Source: an uncultured candidate division Zixibacteria bacterium (lineage in GTDB: Bacteria > Zixibacteria > MSB-5A5 > UBA10806 > 4484-95). Taken from it: a stretch of DNA of 64,000 nucleotides. The notes below the pieces were generated by a model, which was not told the DNA's origin, did not search any database, and worked only from the letters and a program-made list of their open reading frames with translations. The stretch covers positions 192,001 through 256,000 of the forward strand of contig CAXXKA010000006.1 in the NCBI GenBank assembly GCA_963668625.2. Direction: 5' to 3'. This document shows, in pieces, positions 51,076 to 61,175 of the stretch; the stretch's first letter is position 1, and every line of letters starts with the position of its first letter. The translations under genes were made by a program, and so were the position numbers.

Positions 51076-52242
51076 CTAAAAGAAAACTTTAAATCTTAAA
51101 ACTCCGCTGTAACCCTGCTCGACCGAGTACGCCTTGCTATCCTCGCCGAGATTGAAATTCAAGAATAAATCCATCTCGATATTCTGGTACATGCTGTAAT
51201 TCATCGAGGGTACCAGGCTGATCGAACGATCGGATAAGCTGGTTATAAACGAGTTGCTCAGATGTATATAATCGGTCACGGGGTAGTCCAGATAGAGATA
51301 GAGGTTATCTCGTGATATTGTCCTGATCTCGCCGGTGAGAAACCGCAGCCAGTCATTGAGATCGTATTCTTCGTATTCGGATTTACCGAGCCCGTTGCGA
51401 TAGTATTCGGCCATAACGTACAGTTCGTTATCGAAAGTGTAGTCGGCGCCGGCGAGGATTTCCTTGAAATCATCAACACCGGAGAGCGTATTGTAACCGA
51501 ACTCGGCCCATACGCCAAGCCCCAGAAGCTCGCCTACGATATCACCGCCATACATATGACGGATATCATTTACGGGCATATCGTTGATATAATCTCCGAG
51601 ATTCCATTGCTTTTCGGAATAGATCAGGCTGAAATCGAAATGTGATATGCCGCTTTTTAGCCTGACTAATTTGCCTGAGTTATTCCAGTCATCCTCGGGG
51701 AAATAAATCAATACGGTATTGAATTTCGGAGCAATGGCGGCATCAACTCTTATCGCCGAATGTCCGGGCTGCTCATAGGTAGGGTCGATAGCGTCCTTAC
51801 TGTTGAACAGGTCGGTCGGGTTCCAGGCGTAACCGGTTCCTGGCGAAATTTGCTGTTTTCCCAGTGTGATATCGAATATCGATTTCGTAAATTTCATGTA
51901 AGCGTTGTCGAGGTAAATAGTGTCATCGTAATCATAGGTAAAGTAATCGAGCTGCGAACTATCGACAGTTTGTCGAATAGTTTCGGGGATGTATTGCATC
52001 AGATCCCAGTCTCTTCGGCCACCATAAGTTATATAATCGAAATTGGCGGCGAATTTCACCTCATCCAGATCGGATTGCATATCGACTCTTAGCTTGTTGG
52101 AAAACAGTTGCGAGTATTCATCCTCATACTGCACGCCCATATACTGAGGCTCGAAATACCCGAATATCTCCAGCGATTGGCCGTATATCGGGGAGCCGAC
52201 AGCAGACAGGATAGTAGCGATCATTACGATATACAGTTTCAT
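51076..52242 (-). CDS. Outer-membrane beta-barrel protein
   Basis: Signal peptide, GKQQIS.G.G..WNPTD motif and terminal Phe. Confidence 0.75.
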   Translation of the reverse strand: MKLYIVMIATILSAVGSPIYGQSLEIFGYFEPQYMGVQYEDEYSQLFSNKLRVDMQSDLDEVKFAANFDYITYGGRRDWDLMQYIPETIRQTVDSSQLDYFTYDYDDTIYLDNAYMKFTKSIFDITLGKQQISPGTGYAWNPTDLFNSKDAIDPTYEQPGHSAIRVDAAIAPKFNTVLIYFPEDDWNNSGKLVRLKSGISHFDFSLIYSEKQWNLGDYINDMPVNDIRHMYGGDIVGELLGLGVWAEFGYNTLSGVDDFKEILAGADYTFDNELYVMAEYYRNGLGKSEYEEYDLNDWLRFLTGEIRTISRDNLYLYLDYPVTDYIHLSNSFITSLSDRSISLVPSMNYSMYQNIEMDLFLNFNLGEDSKAYSVEQGYSGVLRFKVFF

Positions 52243-53003
52243 TTTTTCATGCCTCTTTCGGTGAAAAGCTCATCATCGAGTTTTATATCGTACGTAATCT
52301 CATCGTATACCATATAAGTCGAGGAGTTATCCTGAAGATTTTGCATTTCCATTTTCATGGCGGTAGGCACGCCCTCGATTATCCTTATATCGGAAAATAT
52401 CAAACGCTTGACCTGGTAGGATGGATCGTTCTCATCATAGTAATCTAACTGCAGGGGGAAGTAGTTTTCTTTGCTGACCCACATCACCTCGCGGGAATAG
52501 CCGGATTCCGCCTCGTCTTTCGCAGTCATCTCGATAACGAAACATTCTTTGCCATCCACCTTGCCATCCTCCAGAAGCTTATGGCTGAAATCCGTCAGCC
52601 AGGAATCGCCCGAACCCATGTCCTCATAGGAGAAATCGCTGCCCTCGAATTTTTGTTTCTTGGCGTGCGTTGCCAGCTTTCTTACCCGGTTGGTACGGGG
52701 AAAGTACGACCAGATATCATCGGCGTTATTGAGCATCAGCACCGCCTGGTCTTTCACCCTGCTGGGAGCGATATATTTGATCAGATTTTTCTCACCTTTA
52801 TCCTTGGAGTATGACTCATATGTAAAAGTTCTTTCTTTGCCCGAGGACGTAGTAATAGTCATATTAAGCAGGGCTTTGGCCTGATCCTGATTAACTAACT
52901 CGTTTACTTTATCAACGATCGCTTTTGCTGTTTGATCCTGGGCTGTGATTATTCCGAAGAAAAGAATCAGGTTCGCTAATATTAAAATGATGGTTCTGGT
53001 CAT
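52239..53003 (-). CDS. Outer-membrane lipoprotein-sorting (LolA-like) protein
   Basis: IWSYFP...RVRK, FEGSDFSYED and FTERGM motifs. Confidence 0.85.
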   Translation of the reverse strand: MTRTIILILANLILFFGIITAQDQTAKAIVDKVNELVNQDQAKALLNMTITTSSGKERTFTYESYSKDKGEKNLIKYIAPSRVKDQAVLMLNNADDIWSYFPRTNRVRKLATHAKKQKFEGSDFSYEDMGSGDSWLTDFSHKLLEDGKVDGKECFVIEMTAKDEAESGYSREVMWVSKENYFPLQLDYYDENDPSYQVKRLIFSDIRIIEGVPTAMKMEMQNLQDNSSTYMVYDEITYDIKLDDELFTERGMKK

Positions 53004-53016
53004 TTATGCCTCCATG

Positions 53017-53634
53017 TTAACCATTATTCTTTATGCCGTTTATGAATAAATCTATCAGGGTGTCAGCCATCTCCTGAAAATGAAATGTCCGAGGGTCTAT
53101 TACCCATTGTACCTGCAAACCGTCAATGATACCGATTATTGCCGAGGCGAACATATGCGTATCGATTGGGCGGAACTCGCCGCAGTCGATACCAGCCTGC
53201 AAGATTCGTTTATATGTTTCGCGCAATTCATCGTATATCGGTTTGATATCGATAAGGCCTTTTTCGGGTTGATACTGGTTGCGAATACCCTCGGCCCAGA
53301 AATCAGTGATGAAGGCTGACATCTCCGGCGTGAATTTATCTGAAAACTCCAGCGAAGTCTTTGTCATAGCGCGAATTTTCTCCATAGGGGGGAGATCGGA
53401 ATTCGCGACTATCTTGATATCATTGGTGATGTCCGCGATCATCTGGTTGCAAGCATCGATGAATATCTCATCCCGCCCGCTAAAATACTCGTAAATAGTC
53501 CCCTTACCGATTCCCGCTTCAGCGGCGATATCGGCAATCTTAGAGCTTTTCAATCCTTTTTCTGCAAAAACCTTTATCGCCGATATCATTATATGTTGTT
53601 TTTTTTCCTCTTTATCGACCTTACGTGGCGTCAT
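53017..53634 (-). CDS. TetR/AcrR family regulator
   Basis: HTH IADIAAEAGIGKGTIYEYF. ATG 53634 follows AGAGG; the ORF-track start overlaps the operator. Confidence 0.92.
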   Translation of the reverse strand: MTPRKVDKEEKKQHIMISAIKVFAEKGLKSSKIADIAAEAGIGKGTIYEYFSGRDEIFIDACNQMIADITNDIKIVANSDLPPMEKIRAMTKTSLEFSDKFTPEMSAFITDFWAEGIRNQYQPEKGLIDIKPIYDELRETYKRILQAGIDCGEFRPIDTHMFASAIIGIIDGLQVQWVIDPRTFHFQEMADTLIDLFINGIKNNG

Positions 53635-53651
53635 ATCTTCCTCTTTTAAAT

Positions 53652-53669
53652 TGACCGACTGTTCGGTCA
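53652..53669. promoter_or_regulatory. TetR-type operator palindrome
   Basis: TGACCGA-CTGT-TCGGTCA immediately upstream of the tetR RBS. Confidence 0.7.
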
Positions 53670-53851
53670 TATTATATAAATTATATTCGGATGATCAACA
53701 GAAAAGTTTCTAAAAATTATGCAGATTGTATTGAGAATAAGTCTCAGATTCGATAACTTGTTATTATACAATACTATAAAGTATTAATATAATATTGAAT
53801 AATATGTTAATTTATTAGATGATCGAGGCGCTAATAATCATTAATCCCCAG

Positions 53852-55146
53852 ATTAGTGTAAATTCAATTGTGTAAATTTGTATTTATTGATGTATTAAAG
53901 AATTACGGGTATATCCAGCAGAAAACGCTAATCTTCAAGGAGGATATACCCGTGAAACCACTTAGGTTTGCTGATGAAAATGTAGGTTATGTATTTGCCG
54001 GAGTCAAGAGTTATTGGGAGGAGGATGTTCGGGGTGTGGTGTTGAAGCATGCTCGCCGTCATTTGGAACGGATGTTGAATGTTGAGTTTAGGATAGCGGT
54101 TGGCTGCGGAAAGTATGAGCGGAGTGAGGAGCGGGCGGATTATCGGAATGGTTATTACCGTCGGGGTTTGCTGAGTTTATACGGCTGGTTAGAGGAGGTA
54201 AAGGTTCCCCGGCTGCGTTATGGCAGCTTTGAGTCGAGTGTCTTGCGGAAGCACAAACGGCGTTCGCAGCTATTGGATCGGCTGATTTTAGAGGGCTTTC
54301 TGCTTGGTCATTCTACCCGCAAGACAGCACGGATGTTCAAGCGGGCCTATGGTGAAAGCATCAGCGCCCAGGCTGTCTCGAACGTAGTTAAGGCATTAAA
54401 CGATGAGGTTGGCAGCTTCCACTGTCGGGCTTTGGGCGATGATTATCGTTTTATTCATCTGGATGGTTTATGGGTGAAGATAACCTCTCCGGTTAAGGTG
54501 AAGAAGGTGTTGCTTGTGGCCTACGGTGTCCGTCACGATGGCAGCCGTGAGCTTATCGACTTCATGCTGGCTGGCTCTGAGAGCGAGGCCTACTGGTGGG
54601 GCTTTCTGTCGGATCTCAAGCAGCGAGGTCTGCGCGGTCATTTGTTGGAGGTTGTTGTTCACGATGGTGGTAAGGGGCTGATTAAAGCTCTGGCCGGGTT
54701 ATATCCGCGGGTGAAATCACAGCAATGTGTCTTCCACAAGCTGTCGAATATCAGCCAGAATCTGGATGAACGTAAAAACCGCAGCCGAATCACCAGGGAT
54801 GCTGCTGCGGTCTATCAGGCCGAGACGGAGAAAGAGTTGAAGGCACGATTGAAAGCTTTCAAGGCCAAATGGCGATTGAAAGAACCTAAAGCTGTTCGAT
54901 CATTTATTCGCGGCTTTGATCGAACACTGATTTATCGAGAATATGCTGAACCTGAAAGAACTCAAATAAAGACCAATAATCCTCTGGAGCGATATCTGGA
55001 GGAATTGCAAAGGAGGATAAAACCGTTCAGGAAATTTGTTAATGCCAAAAGTGTTGATCGAATCGTTTATGGAATAGTCGCTTATGTGCTGGATAACCGA
55101 AAATCTGAAAATCATTACAAATTTACACAATTCCCTTGATAAGATC
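53852..55146 (+). mobile_element. IS256-family insertion sequence
   Basis: 17-bp perfect subterminal IR AATTGTGTAAATTTGTA (53866-53882 / 55116-55132). 8-bp target duplication ATCCCCAG (53844-53851 / 55147-55154). Confidence 0.92.
53952..55139 (+). CDS. IS256 (Mutator-type DDE) transposase
   Basis: YRNGY, HLDG, HDG, QQCVFH and TNNPLER motifs. GTG start after AGGAGG. Confidence 0.93.
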   Translation: MKPLRFADENVGYVFAGVKSYWEEDVRGVVLKHARRHLERMLNVEFRIAVGCGKYERSEERADYRNGYYRRGLLSLYGWLEEVKVPRLRYGSFESSVLRKHKRRSQLLDRLILEGFLLGHSTRKTARMFKRAYGESISAQAVSNVVKALNDEVGSFHCRALGDDYRFIHLDGLWVKITSPVKVKKVLLVAYGVRHDGSRELIDFMLAGSESEAYWWGFLSDLKQRGLRGHLLEVVVHDGGKGLIKALAGLYPRVKSQQCVFHKLSNISQNLDERKNRSRITRDAAAVYQAETEKELKARLKAFKAKWRLKEPKAVRSFIRGFDRTLIYREYAEPERTQIKTNNPLERYLEELQRRIKPFRKFVNAKSVDRIVYGIVAYVLDNRKSENHYKFTQFP

Positions 55147-55345
55147 ATCCCCAGCCTAGCTGGTATTAAAACTTGACATATTAATGGCTTATCATATATT
55201 AAAAAAGCAAGTGGTTGTTCAACCGGGGCTCTTGGAACCTCTACCTGAACGCAACTTTTAGCACGAGATATAAAATAACTACAATTTGGGTAAATGCTGC
55301 AAGGAATAACATCTGCATCTTTCTAAAATTACGGGGAGGTATTTA

Positions 55346-58300
55346 ATGCAAATTACAGTAAGTAAATCTGCATTAATCATTAGTTTTCTAATTATTTTGT
55401 TTACGGCGAATTACGGTTACTGCCAGGATTTGATCGAATATTCAGTCTCGATTACTACCGAAAAATCGGATTTGAAATTCGGCGATGTCGATACTTATGA
55501 TAAAGTGTTTTTTGAGGATGGCGATTATGCTGTCGCGGTTGGGGCGCCGATGATACCCTCACGGGTGGTACGGGTGGCTCTGTCGGCCGGTATGAAAGCC
55601 ACCGGAGTTGAGCTGGTTAACTCGAGCAAGGTCGAGTTATCGGGTGAGTATAATATTGTTCCGATGCAACCGGCCGGTAAAATCAGTGATAGCGGTACAC
55701 TTCAATTTGTCGAACCAGAACCATCGTATTATACATCCTCGGATATTTTCCCCGGAATAAACGCGGAGTTACTCGGTCAGGCCGATCTTGCAGGCCAGGC
55801 GTTCGCGATTGTAAGAGTATTTCCTTTGCAATATATAGCCGCTCAAAAGAGCCTGACACTCTATGATAATATAGAGCTTAAAATTACCGGCGAGCACGGA
55901 TATATCTGCGGCGATTATATGTCGCCGAAATATACTGCCGAGGAGGAGAAGGAAGTGCGTTCTACGGTGGAGGGGATGGTAATCAATCCACTGAACGTCA
56001 GGTTGGAATCATCCTCCCAACTACCATTCGTTAGCGGCGTTGCCTCCGGCGATTATGATTATGTAATTATCACGCCGGCCTCATATACGGGCTATTATCA
56101 GGTGTTGTTAGACTGGAAAAACAAGAAAGGTGTCAGGGCAACTTTGGTAACCACCTCCTGGATTTACTACACCGGAGGTTATTCGGGCGATAATCAGTCG
56201 AAAATTCGCCAATTCGTGCAGGATGCTTATTCCACCTGGGGCGCCCGTTATTTCCTATTGGGTGGCGATACTAACCTCATTCCGGCGCATTCTAGGACTA
56301 TAGATGGTGATGCTATTCCTAACGATACTTACTATGCCGATTTCGATGATGACTGGGTTGCCGAAGCTCATATAGGCAGGGTACCCGGTAGAAGCGGTTC
56401 TGATATGAGTAATTTCGTCAGTAAGGTAATAACGTACGAACAGGATCCGCCGATGACGAATTACGCTTTGAATGCCTCACTTCTGGGTTTCGATCTCGAT
56501 TACTATACCGAGGGCGAAGATTGTAAGACTTATATCGATAGCTACTATATCCCCTCCAGTTGGACGATGACGAATGTTTATGATGACCATAGCGGAAGCC
56601 ATCTGAGTAACGCCAATGCGGCTATGAATGCCGGGCAGAACCTGGTTAATCATATTGATCATTGCAATGAGTACTATATCGGTGTCGGCAGCTACAATCA
56701 CGATACGGGTTGGGGAACCGGCAACGTTGATGCATTCAGTAACGGAGACAGGCAGAGTATTTTCTACTCGCTCGGATGCTGGGCTAACGCCTACGATTAC
56801 ACGGAATGTATATCCGAGCACATGATGAACGATACTAACGGCGGCTCGGTAGCGCTGGTAGGCAATTCTAGATACGGATGGTATTATCAGGGAAATACCA
56901 GTGGTTTGTCTTTCGCTTATGATAGGGCATTTTTTAACTCGCTGTTCCAACAAAACCAATACCGTGTCGGCAATTGTTTTTCCGATCATAAGAATGACGC
57001 TTACACCAACGATGAGACAATGCAATATATATTTACCGAGTTGACTTTACTGGGCGATCCGGAAATGCCCATGTGGACCGCTCAGCCGGCCGAACTGGTT
57101 GTCAGCCATCCCGATGAACTAATGCTCGGACAATCGCAGTTCGTGGTACATGTAGAGGATACCGGCGGTAGCAGTATAGCCTCGGCGCTCGTTTGCCTGA
57201 TGAAAGATGATGAGGTTTACCTGACAGCCTATACGTATTCGAACGGTAACGCTACTTTCAACCCGGAGCCGACTACTTTAGGTGATTTGGAAGTTACCGT
57301 AACCAAGCAAAATTTCTTACCCTCGGAAACGCAGGCGGCGGTTATAGATCCGCTCGGAGAGATAACCGGTTATATAAAGAATAGCGATTTGCATGCGATT
57401 GTGGGAGTCGAGGTTTCTTGCAGCAGCCCCAGCCTCAATGATGTTTCCGATACCAGGGGTTATTACTCGTTATACGGTTTCGAGGTCGGTACGTACGATA
57501 TCACCTATTCGCATCCCGAATACCAGGATACCACGGTTGAGGATGTTTACGTTGCCGAAGGTGCCATCGTCAATCTCAATGTTACCTTAAAGCCATATAC
57601 CGATGATGTCGGAGCTTCGATTATTTTCACCCCGGCCGATACGATTATGATGGATGTACCGAGTACTGTGGTTTGCGAGATATTCAATAACGGTACCGAA
57701 ACGAATTCATTTAATGTTCAATTTCAGGCACAGGCTTTGTACTCCACGATGATCGAGTTTACTTCCTCGATAGCTGTTAACGATATGCCCGGAGGAACGG
57801 TGGATACTATCGTATTTAACGATGCTTTCTCACCGGCCATGGATACCGTATATAACATCATAGTGTCGACGAATTTGAGTGGTGACATGAATCCCGGCAA
57901 CGATGCGGTTAGCTCCACCTGCCGAAGTGTACAGGGAATAACGGTTTGGTACGGCAATATGGATGGTTCGCCGATTACGGCTTATGTTGGAGAAAGATTC
58001 GATGTTGATGTATATGCCAGCACCTCCCCGGATGTCTACGTTGCCGACCTTCACCTTTGCCTGGGCGCGATGGATGAATATGTAACCGGATTTCATAGCC
58101 ATACTGATGGCACGGTATATAACCAAATAAGCGAATGGGCTCTGGTTGAATTCTTCGATCCGCAAAGCGATCCAAATCCCGAGGGTTGGAGCAGCCAGTC
58201 ATTCTGGGGAATAACCAGGCTCTCTTTGCTGGGAATATTCGAACCGTTCGATGATGCTCCCTGGCTTCACACCGATGTGCCCACACATATCGTAACATTC

Positions 58301-58795
58301 GTTTTGGAAGCCGCTGATGATTCTTTGCTCGCCGGCGAGGCAGTCAACTGTCTCGGATACGGCCTTAATCAGCCGCAAGGGCCATCCAATGCAGGCGATT
58401 CGCTGGGCGGTCTCGGTTATAAATTGGCGGAAGTTTTCAGCCCTGTTCTTTTCCGTTCGCCGACCGGTGAGTGCGATTATATGCCAGGCGATGTTAATGG
58501 TGACAAATCGGTTATTGGCGCCGATGTCAGCTACCTGGTCAATTATTTCAGAGGCACGGGCAACCCGCCACCCGATTCGTGCTGGAACGAACTTGACTCC
58601 GATTGGCTGTATAGCGCGGCCGATGCCAATGGCGATTGTTCGGTTATAGGCGCCGATGTTACTTACCTGGTCAATTATTTCAGGGGGCTTCAAACCGGCC
58701 TGAGATGGTGTATCGAAACCCCGCCGATGGAGATTCCGGTATCGGTTTTGGATGATCCGGGGCAATTTGACGATAATAATTCAGGAACCGAATAG
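55346..58795 (+). CDS. C25 (gingipain-like) peptidase with propeptide, Ig/CarboxypepD-reg domains and C-terminal dockerin-like repeat
   Basis: YVIIT, LLGGD, D.YY, IGRVP, SLGC, GNSRYGW and LLGDP motifs. Duplicated GD.NGD.SV.GADV.YLVNYF. Confidence 0.88.
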   Translation: MQITVSKSALIISFLIILFTANYGYCQDLIEYSVSITTEKSDLKFGDVDTYDKVFFEDGDYAVAVGAPMIPSRVVRVALSAGMKATGVELVNSSKVELSGEYNIVPMQPAGKISDSGTLQFVEPEPSYYTSSDIFPGINAELLGQADLAGQAFAIVRVFPLQYIAAQKSLTLYDNIELKITGEHGYICGDYMSPKYTAEEEKEVRSTVEGMVINPLNVRLESSSQLPFVSGVASGDYDYVIITPASYTGYYQVLLDWKNKKGVRATLVTTSWIYYTGGYSGDNQSKIRQFVQDAYSTWGARYFLLGGDTNLIPAHSRTIDGDAIPNDTYYADFDDDWVAEAHIGRVPGRSGSDMSNFVSKVITYEQDPPMTNYALNASLLGFDLDYYTEGEDCKTYIDSYYIPSSWTMTNVYDDHSGSHLSNANAAMNAGQNLVNHIDHCNEYYIGVGSYNHDTGWGTGNVDAFSNGDRQSIFYSLGCWANAYDYTECISEHMMNDTNGGSVALVGNSRYGWYYQGNTSGLSFAYDRAFFNSLFQQNQYRVGNCFSDHKNDAYTNDETMQYIFTELTLLGDPEMPMWTAQPAELVVSHPDELMLGQSQFVVHVEDTGGSSIASALVCLMKDDEVYLTAYTYSNGNATFNPEPTTLGDLEVTVTKQNFLPSETQAAVIDPLGEITGYIKNSDLHAIVGVEVSCSSPSLNDVSDTRGYYSLYGFEVGTYDITYSHPEYQDTTVEDVYVAEGAIVNLNVTLKPYTDDVGASIIFTPADTIMMDVPSTVVCEIFNNGTETNSFNVQFQAQALYSTMIEFTSSIAVNDMPGGTVDTIVFNDAFSPAMDTVYNIIVSTNLSGDMNPGNDAVSSTCRSVQGITVWYGNMDGSPITAYVGERFDVDVYASTSPDVYVADLHLCLGAMDEYVTGFHSHTDGTVYNQISEWALVEFFDPQSDPNPEGWSSQSFWGITRLSLLGIFEPFDDAPWLHTDVPTHIVTFVLEAADDSLLAGEAVNCLGYGLNQPQGPSNAGDSLGGLGYKLAEVFSPVLFRSPTGECDYMPGDVNGDKSVIGADVSYLVNYFRGTGNPPPDSCWNELDSDWLYSAADANGDCSVIGADVTYLVNYFRGLQTGLRWCIETPPMEIPVSVLDDPGQFDDNNSGTE

Positions 58796-58828
58796 CATAT
58801 TTATTAGTACAACACATAGAGTTTTAAT

Positions 58829-58858
58829 GAAAGCAGGGTAATGCCTGCTTTCTTTTTT
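58829..58858 (+). terminator. Rho-independent terminator
   Basis: GAAAGCAGG-GTAATG-CCTGCTTTC-TTTTTT. Confidence 0.75.
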
Positions 58859-58924
58859 GATTAAGGATGAGAACCTGATTAATAAGTTGACAGTTTATCG
58901 TAGCGTTAATATATTTGTAACCCT

Positions 58925-60238
58925 GTGAAAGTATCATTTAAAATACTAATTAGCCTGCTGGCGCTATCGCTTTTCCATCATTCGGCTGCACTAGCTCAAA
59001 AAACCGAGATCAGGGGTACCATTATTGCCGGTCCGACTATCTCGCTTATATCGATGGCTGTTGATGATTTCAAACAAAGTGATAACATGACCTCAGCGGT
59101 CGACACGGCATTTACCAATGATTTGAAGAACACTCTTATAGATGATTTGATGTTCACTCTGTATTTCAACGTGGTCGTACCCGATTCGAGTTTTCTGGCC
59201 GATTTCGCCAAGGGTGATATGAAACTGGATGACTGGATATACCTGGGCGCCCAGATGCTAGTCCGGGCGAGAATCGAGAAACGTGAAGAGTTATATACCG
59301 TTGGTGTGCAGGTTGTAGATGTTTTCCGGGATAAGATGGTTTATAACAACGAGTTTTTAGGATCATCCCAGAACTATCGGGCATTATCTCATCGCATTGC
59401 CGCCGATCTGCTGTTTAATCTGACCGGTGAAGAAGGAGTGTTCGATACGAAAATCGTGTACTCGGCCGAGATAGACCGAAACCGTGAAATTTATGTATGC
59501 GATTACGACGGCTACAATCCCATAAAAATCACCGATGATCCGGGGCTTGACCAGATGCCGGCCTGGAGTCACAACGGCGATAGGGTATATTTCACCTCCG
59601 ATCGCAAGAACAATCATGATCTTTTCTGTTATATTTTCGAGAAAGATAAAATCTATACGGTTTCCAACCGTGAGGGATTGAATTTCGCGGCGGCGCCATC
59701 TCCTGATGGCAATTATATCGCGCTTACTTTATCGATAGCCGGTAACTCCGAAATTTATCTTCTTGATAGCTCCGGCAGAATTATGCGCCGCCTGACATAT
59801 TCCTGGGCAATCGACACCTCGCCCACCTGGTCTCCGAATTCACGGGAAATCGCGTTTATTTCAGATAGAGCCGGGAATCCACAATTGTATGTAACCGATG
59901 TTGATGGAATTAACACCCGTCGCCTGACATATTATGGCGATTATATCGCCGATCCGGTGTGGTCGCCGAAAGGCGATTATATCGCGTATTGTTCACGCGA
60001 GGCCTCTCAGTTCCATATTTATATTGTTGACATCACAGGCCAAAACGCTTATAAATTAACGGAGATTGGATCGAATGAGACACCTTCGTGGTCTCCCGAT
60101 GGTTTACATCTGGTGTACGCATCCAATGTTGATGGGGCTTACAGCCTGTGGACAATGAACTATGACGGCTCCGGCAAAAGGAAATTGAATTTGAGGGGAG
60201 CCTGTAAGTCACCCGATTGGTCTGTTAATTTGAGATAG
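58925..60238 (+). CDS. tolB: Tol-Pal beta-propeller protein TolB
   Basis: PD40 repeats (PAWS, PTWSP, PSWSPDG), upstream of pal. Confidence 0.92.
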   Translation: MKVSFKILISLLALSLFHHSAALAQKTEIRGTIIAGPTISLISMAVDDFKQSDNMTSAVDTAFTNDLKNTLIDDLMFTLYFNVVVPDSSFLADFAKGDMKLDDWIYLGAQMLVRARIEKREELYTVGVQVVDVFRDKMVYNNEFLGSSQNYRALSHRIAADLLFNLTGEEGVFDTKIVYSAEIDRNREIYVCDYDGYNPIKITDDPGLDQMPAWSHNGDRVYFTSDRKNNHDLFCYIFEKDKIYTVSNREGLNFAAAPSPDGNYIALTLSIAGNSEIYLLDSSGRIMRRLTYSWAIDTSPTWSPNSREIAFISDRAGNPQLYVTDVDGINTRRLTYYGDYIADPVWSPKGDYIAYCSREASQFHIYIVDITGQNAYKLTEIGSNETPSWSPDGLHLVYASNVDGAYSLWTMNYDGSGKRKLNLRGACKSPDWSVNLR

Positions 60239-60275
60239 AAAATAACAAATACTTATTTATCAAGGAGGTTTATCC

Positions 60276-60782
60276 GTGATTAGAAAATTAGGGCTACTTT
60301 TGTTAATTATGGCCGCAATGGCGAATATCTTCGGCCTTTGCGGACCAAAACCTATACCAGCTCCACCTCCGCCGCCGGAACCGGCCCCGGAGACGACTGT
60401 TGTTGAAGAACCGCCACCGCCTCCGCCACCGCCTCCGCCATTGGAGCTGACTAAGATTCATTTTAACTACGATAAGTACAACCTCACTACCGAGGCTCAG
60501 GATATTTTGGCTGCGAACGCTCGTGGTTTGACCTCTGAAGATTATCAGAATGTCACTATCAGGATCGAAGGTCACTGTGATGAACGTGGTTCGGATGAGT
60601 ACAACATGGCGTTAGGTGAAAAACGTGCCGCGACAGCCCGTGACTATCTAGTCAACTATGGTGTCGATGCCGGCCGTATCGCGATTATCAGCTATGGCGA
60701 GTCTCGCCCTGTCTCGATGGGGCATGATGAAGCTGCCTGGCGGATTAACAGGCGCGCCGAGTTTATCAAAGTTTCCGAATAA
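60276..60782 (+). CDS. pal: Peptidoglycan-associated lipoprotein
   Basis: IEGHCDERGSDEYNMALGEKRA, SYGE and NRRAEF motifs, with a Pro-rich linker. Confidence 0.93.
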   Translation: MIRKLGLLLLIMAAMANIFGLCGPKPIPAPPPPPEPAPETTVVEEPPPPPPPPPPLELTKIHFNYDKYNLTTEAQDILAANARGLTSEDYQNVTIRIEGHCDERGSDEYNMALGEKRAATARDYLVNYGVDAGRIAIISYGESRPVSMGHDEAAWRINRRAEFIKVSE

Positions 60783-60809
60783 CCAATACTCCATTGGCGA
60801 ATTTTCAAG

Positions 60810-60840
60810 AGACGGTCTTTTGTGGCCGTCTTTTTTTTTT
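60810..60840 (+). terminator. Rho-independent terminator
   Basis: AGACGGTC-TTTTGT-GGCCGTCT plus T10. Confidence 0.75.
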
Positions 60841-61175
60841 GTGCCATAAATTTTATAAAGGATGTTAGTAAAAATCGCGAAATCTTTGCATTAAATCTTG
60901 CTGATAAAGTACGCCTCAGGATGTCGTACCTTCCAGCCTGAGGTATCAGGGCAGAATCATATGTTTTATTATAAAGATAAGGGCATATGCCAGGATGAAA
61001 GCGAAGCGACATCCTGACACTGAAAAACGACACAAGTATTGCTAAATGTTAAGGGGAATGAACCTGTAACTTCTCTTTTTACGTACAATCTCTGTTTGAG
61101 CGAACCTTTGGCTTGACTTACGCATTAAATATTCAGTAAGCATAGATAGTCGAATAAAACGAGAGGGATTAGGAT

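Noticed and set aside
60350-60442. CCG/CCA/CCT-rich repeat in pal
   Set aside because: It encodes an ordinary poly-Pro linker with mixed codons and is not a DNA-level repeat.
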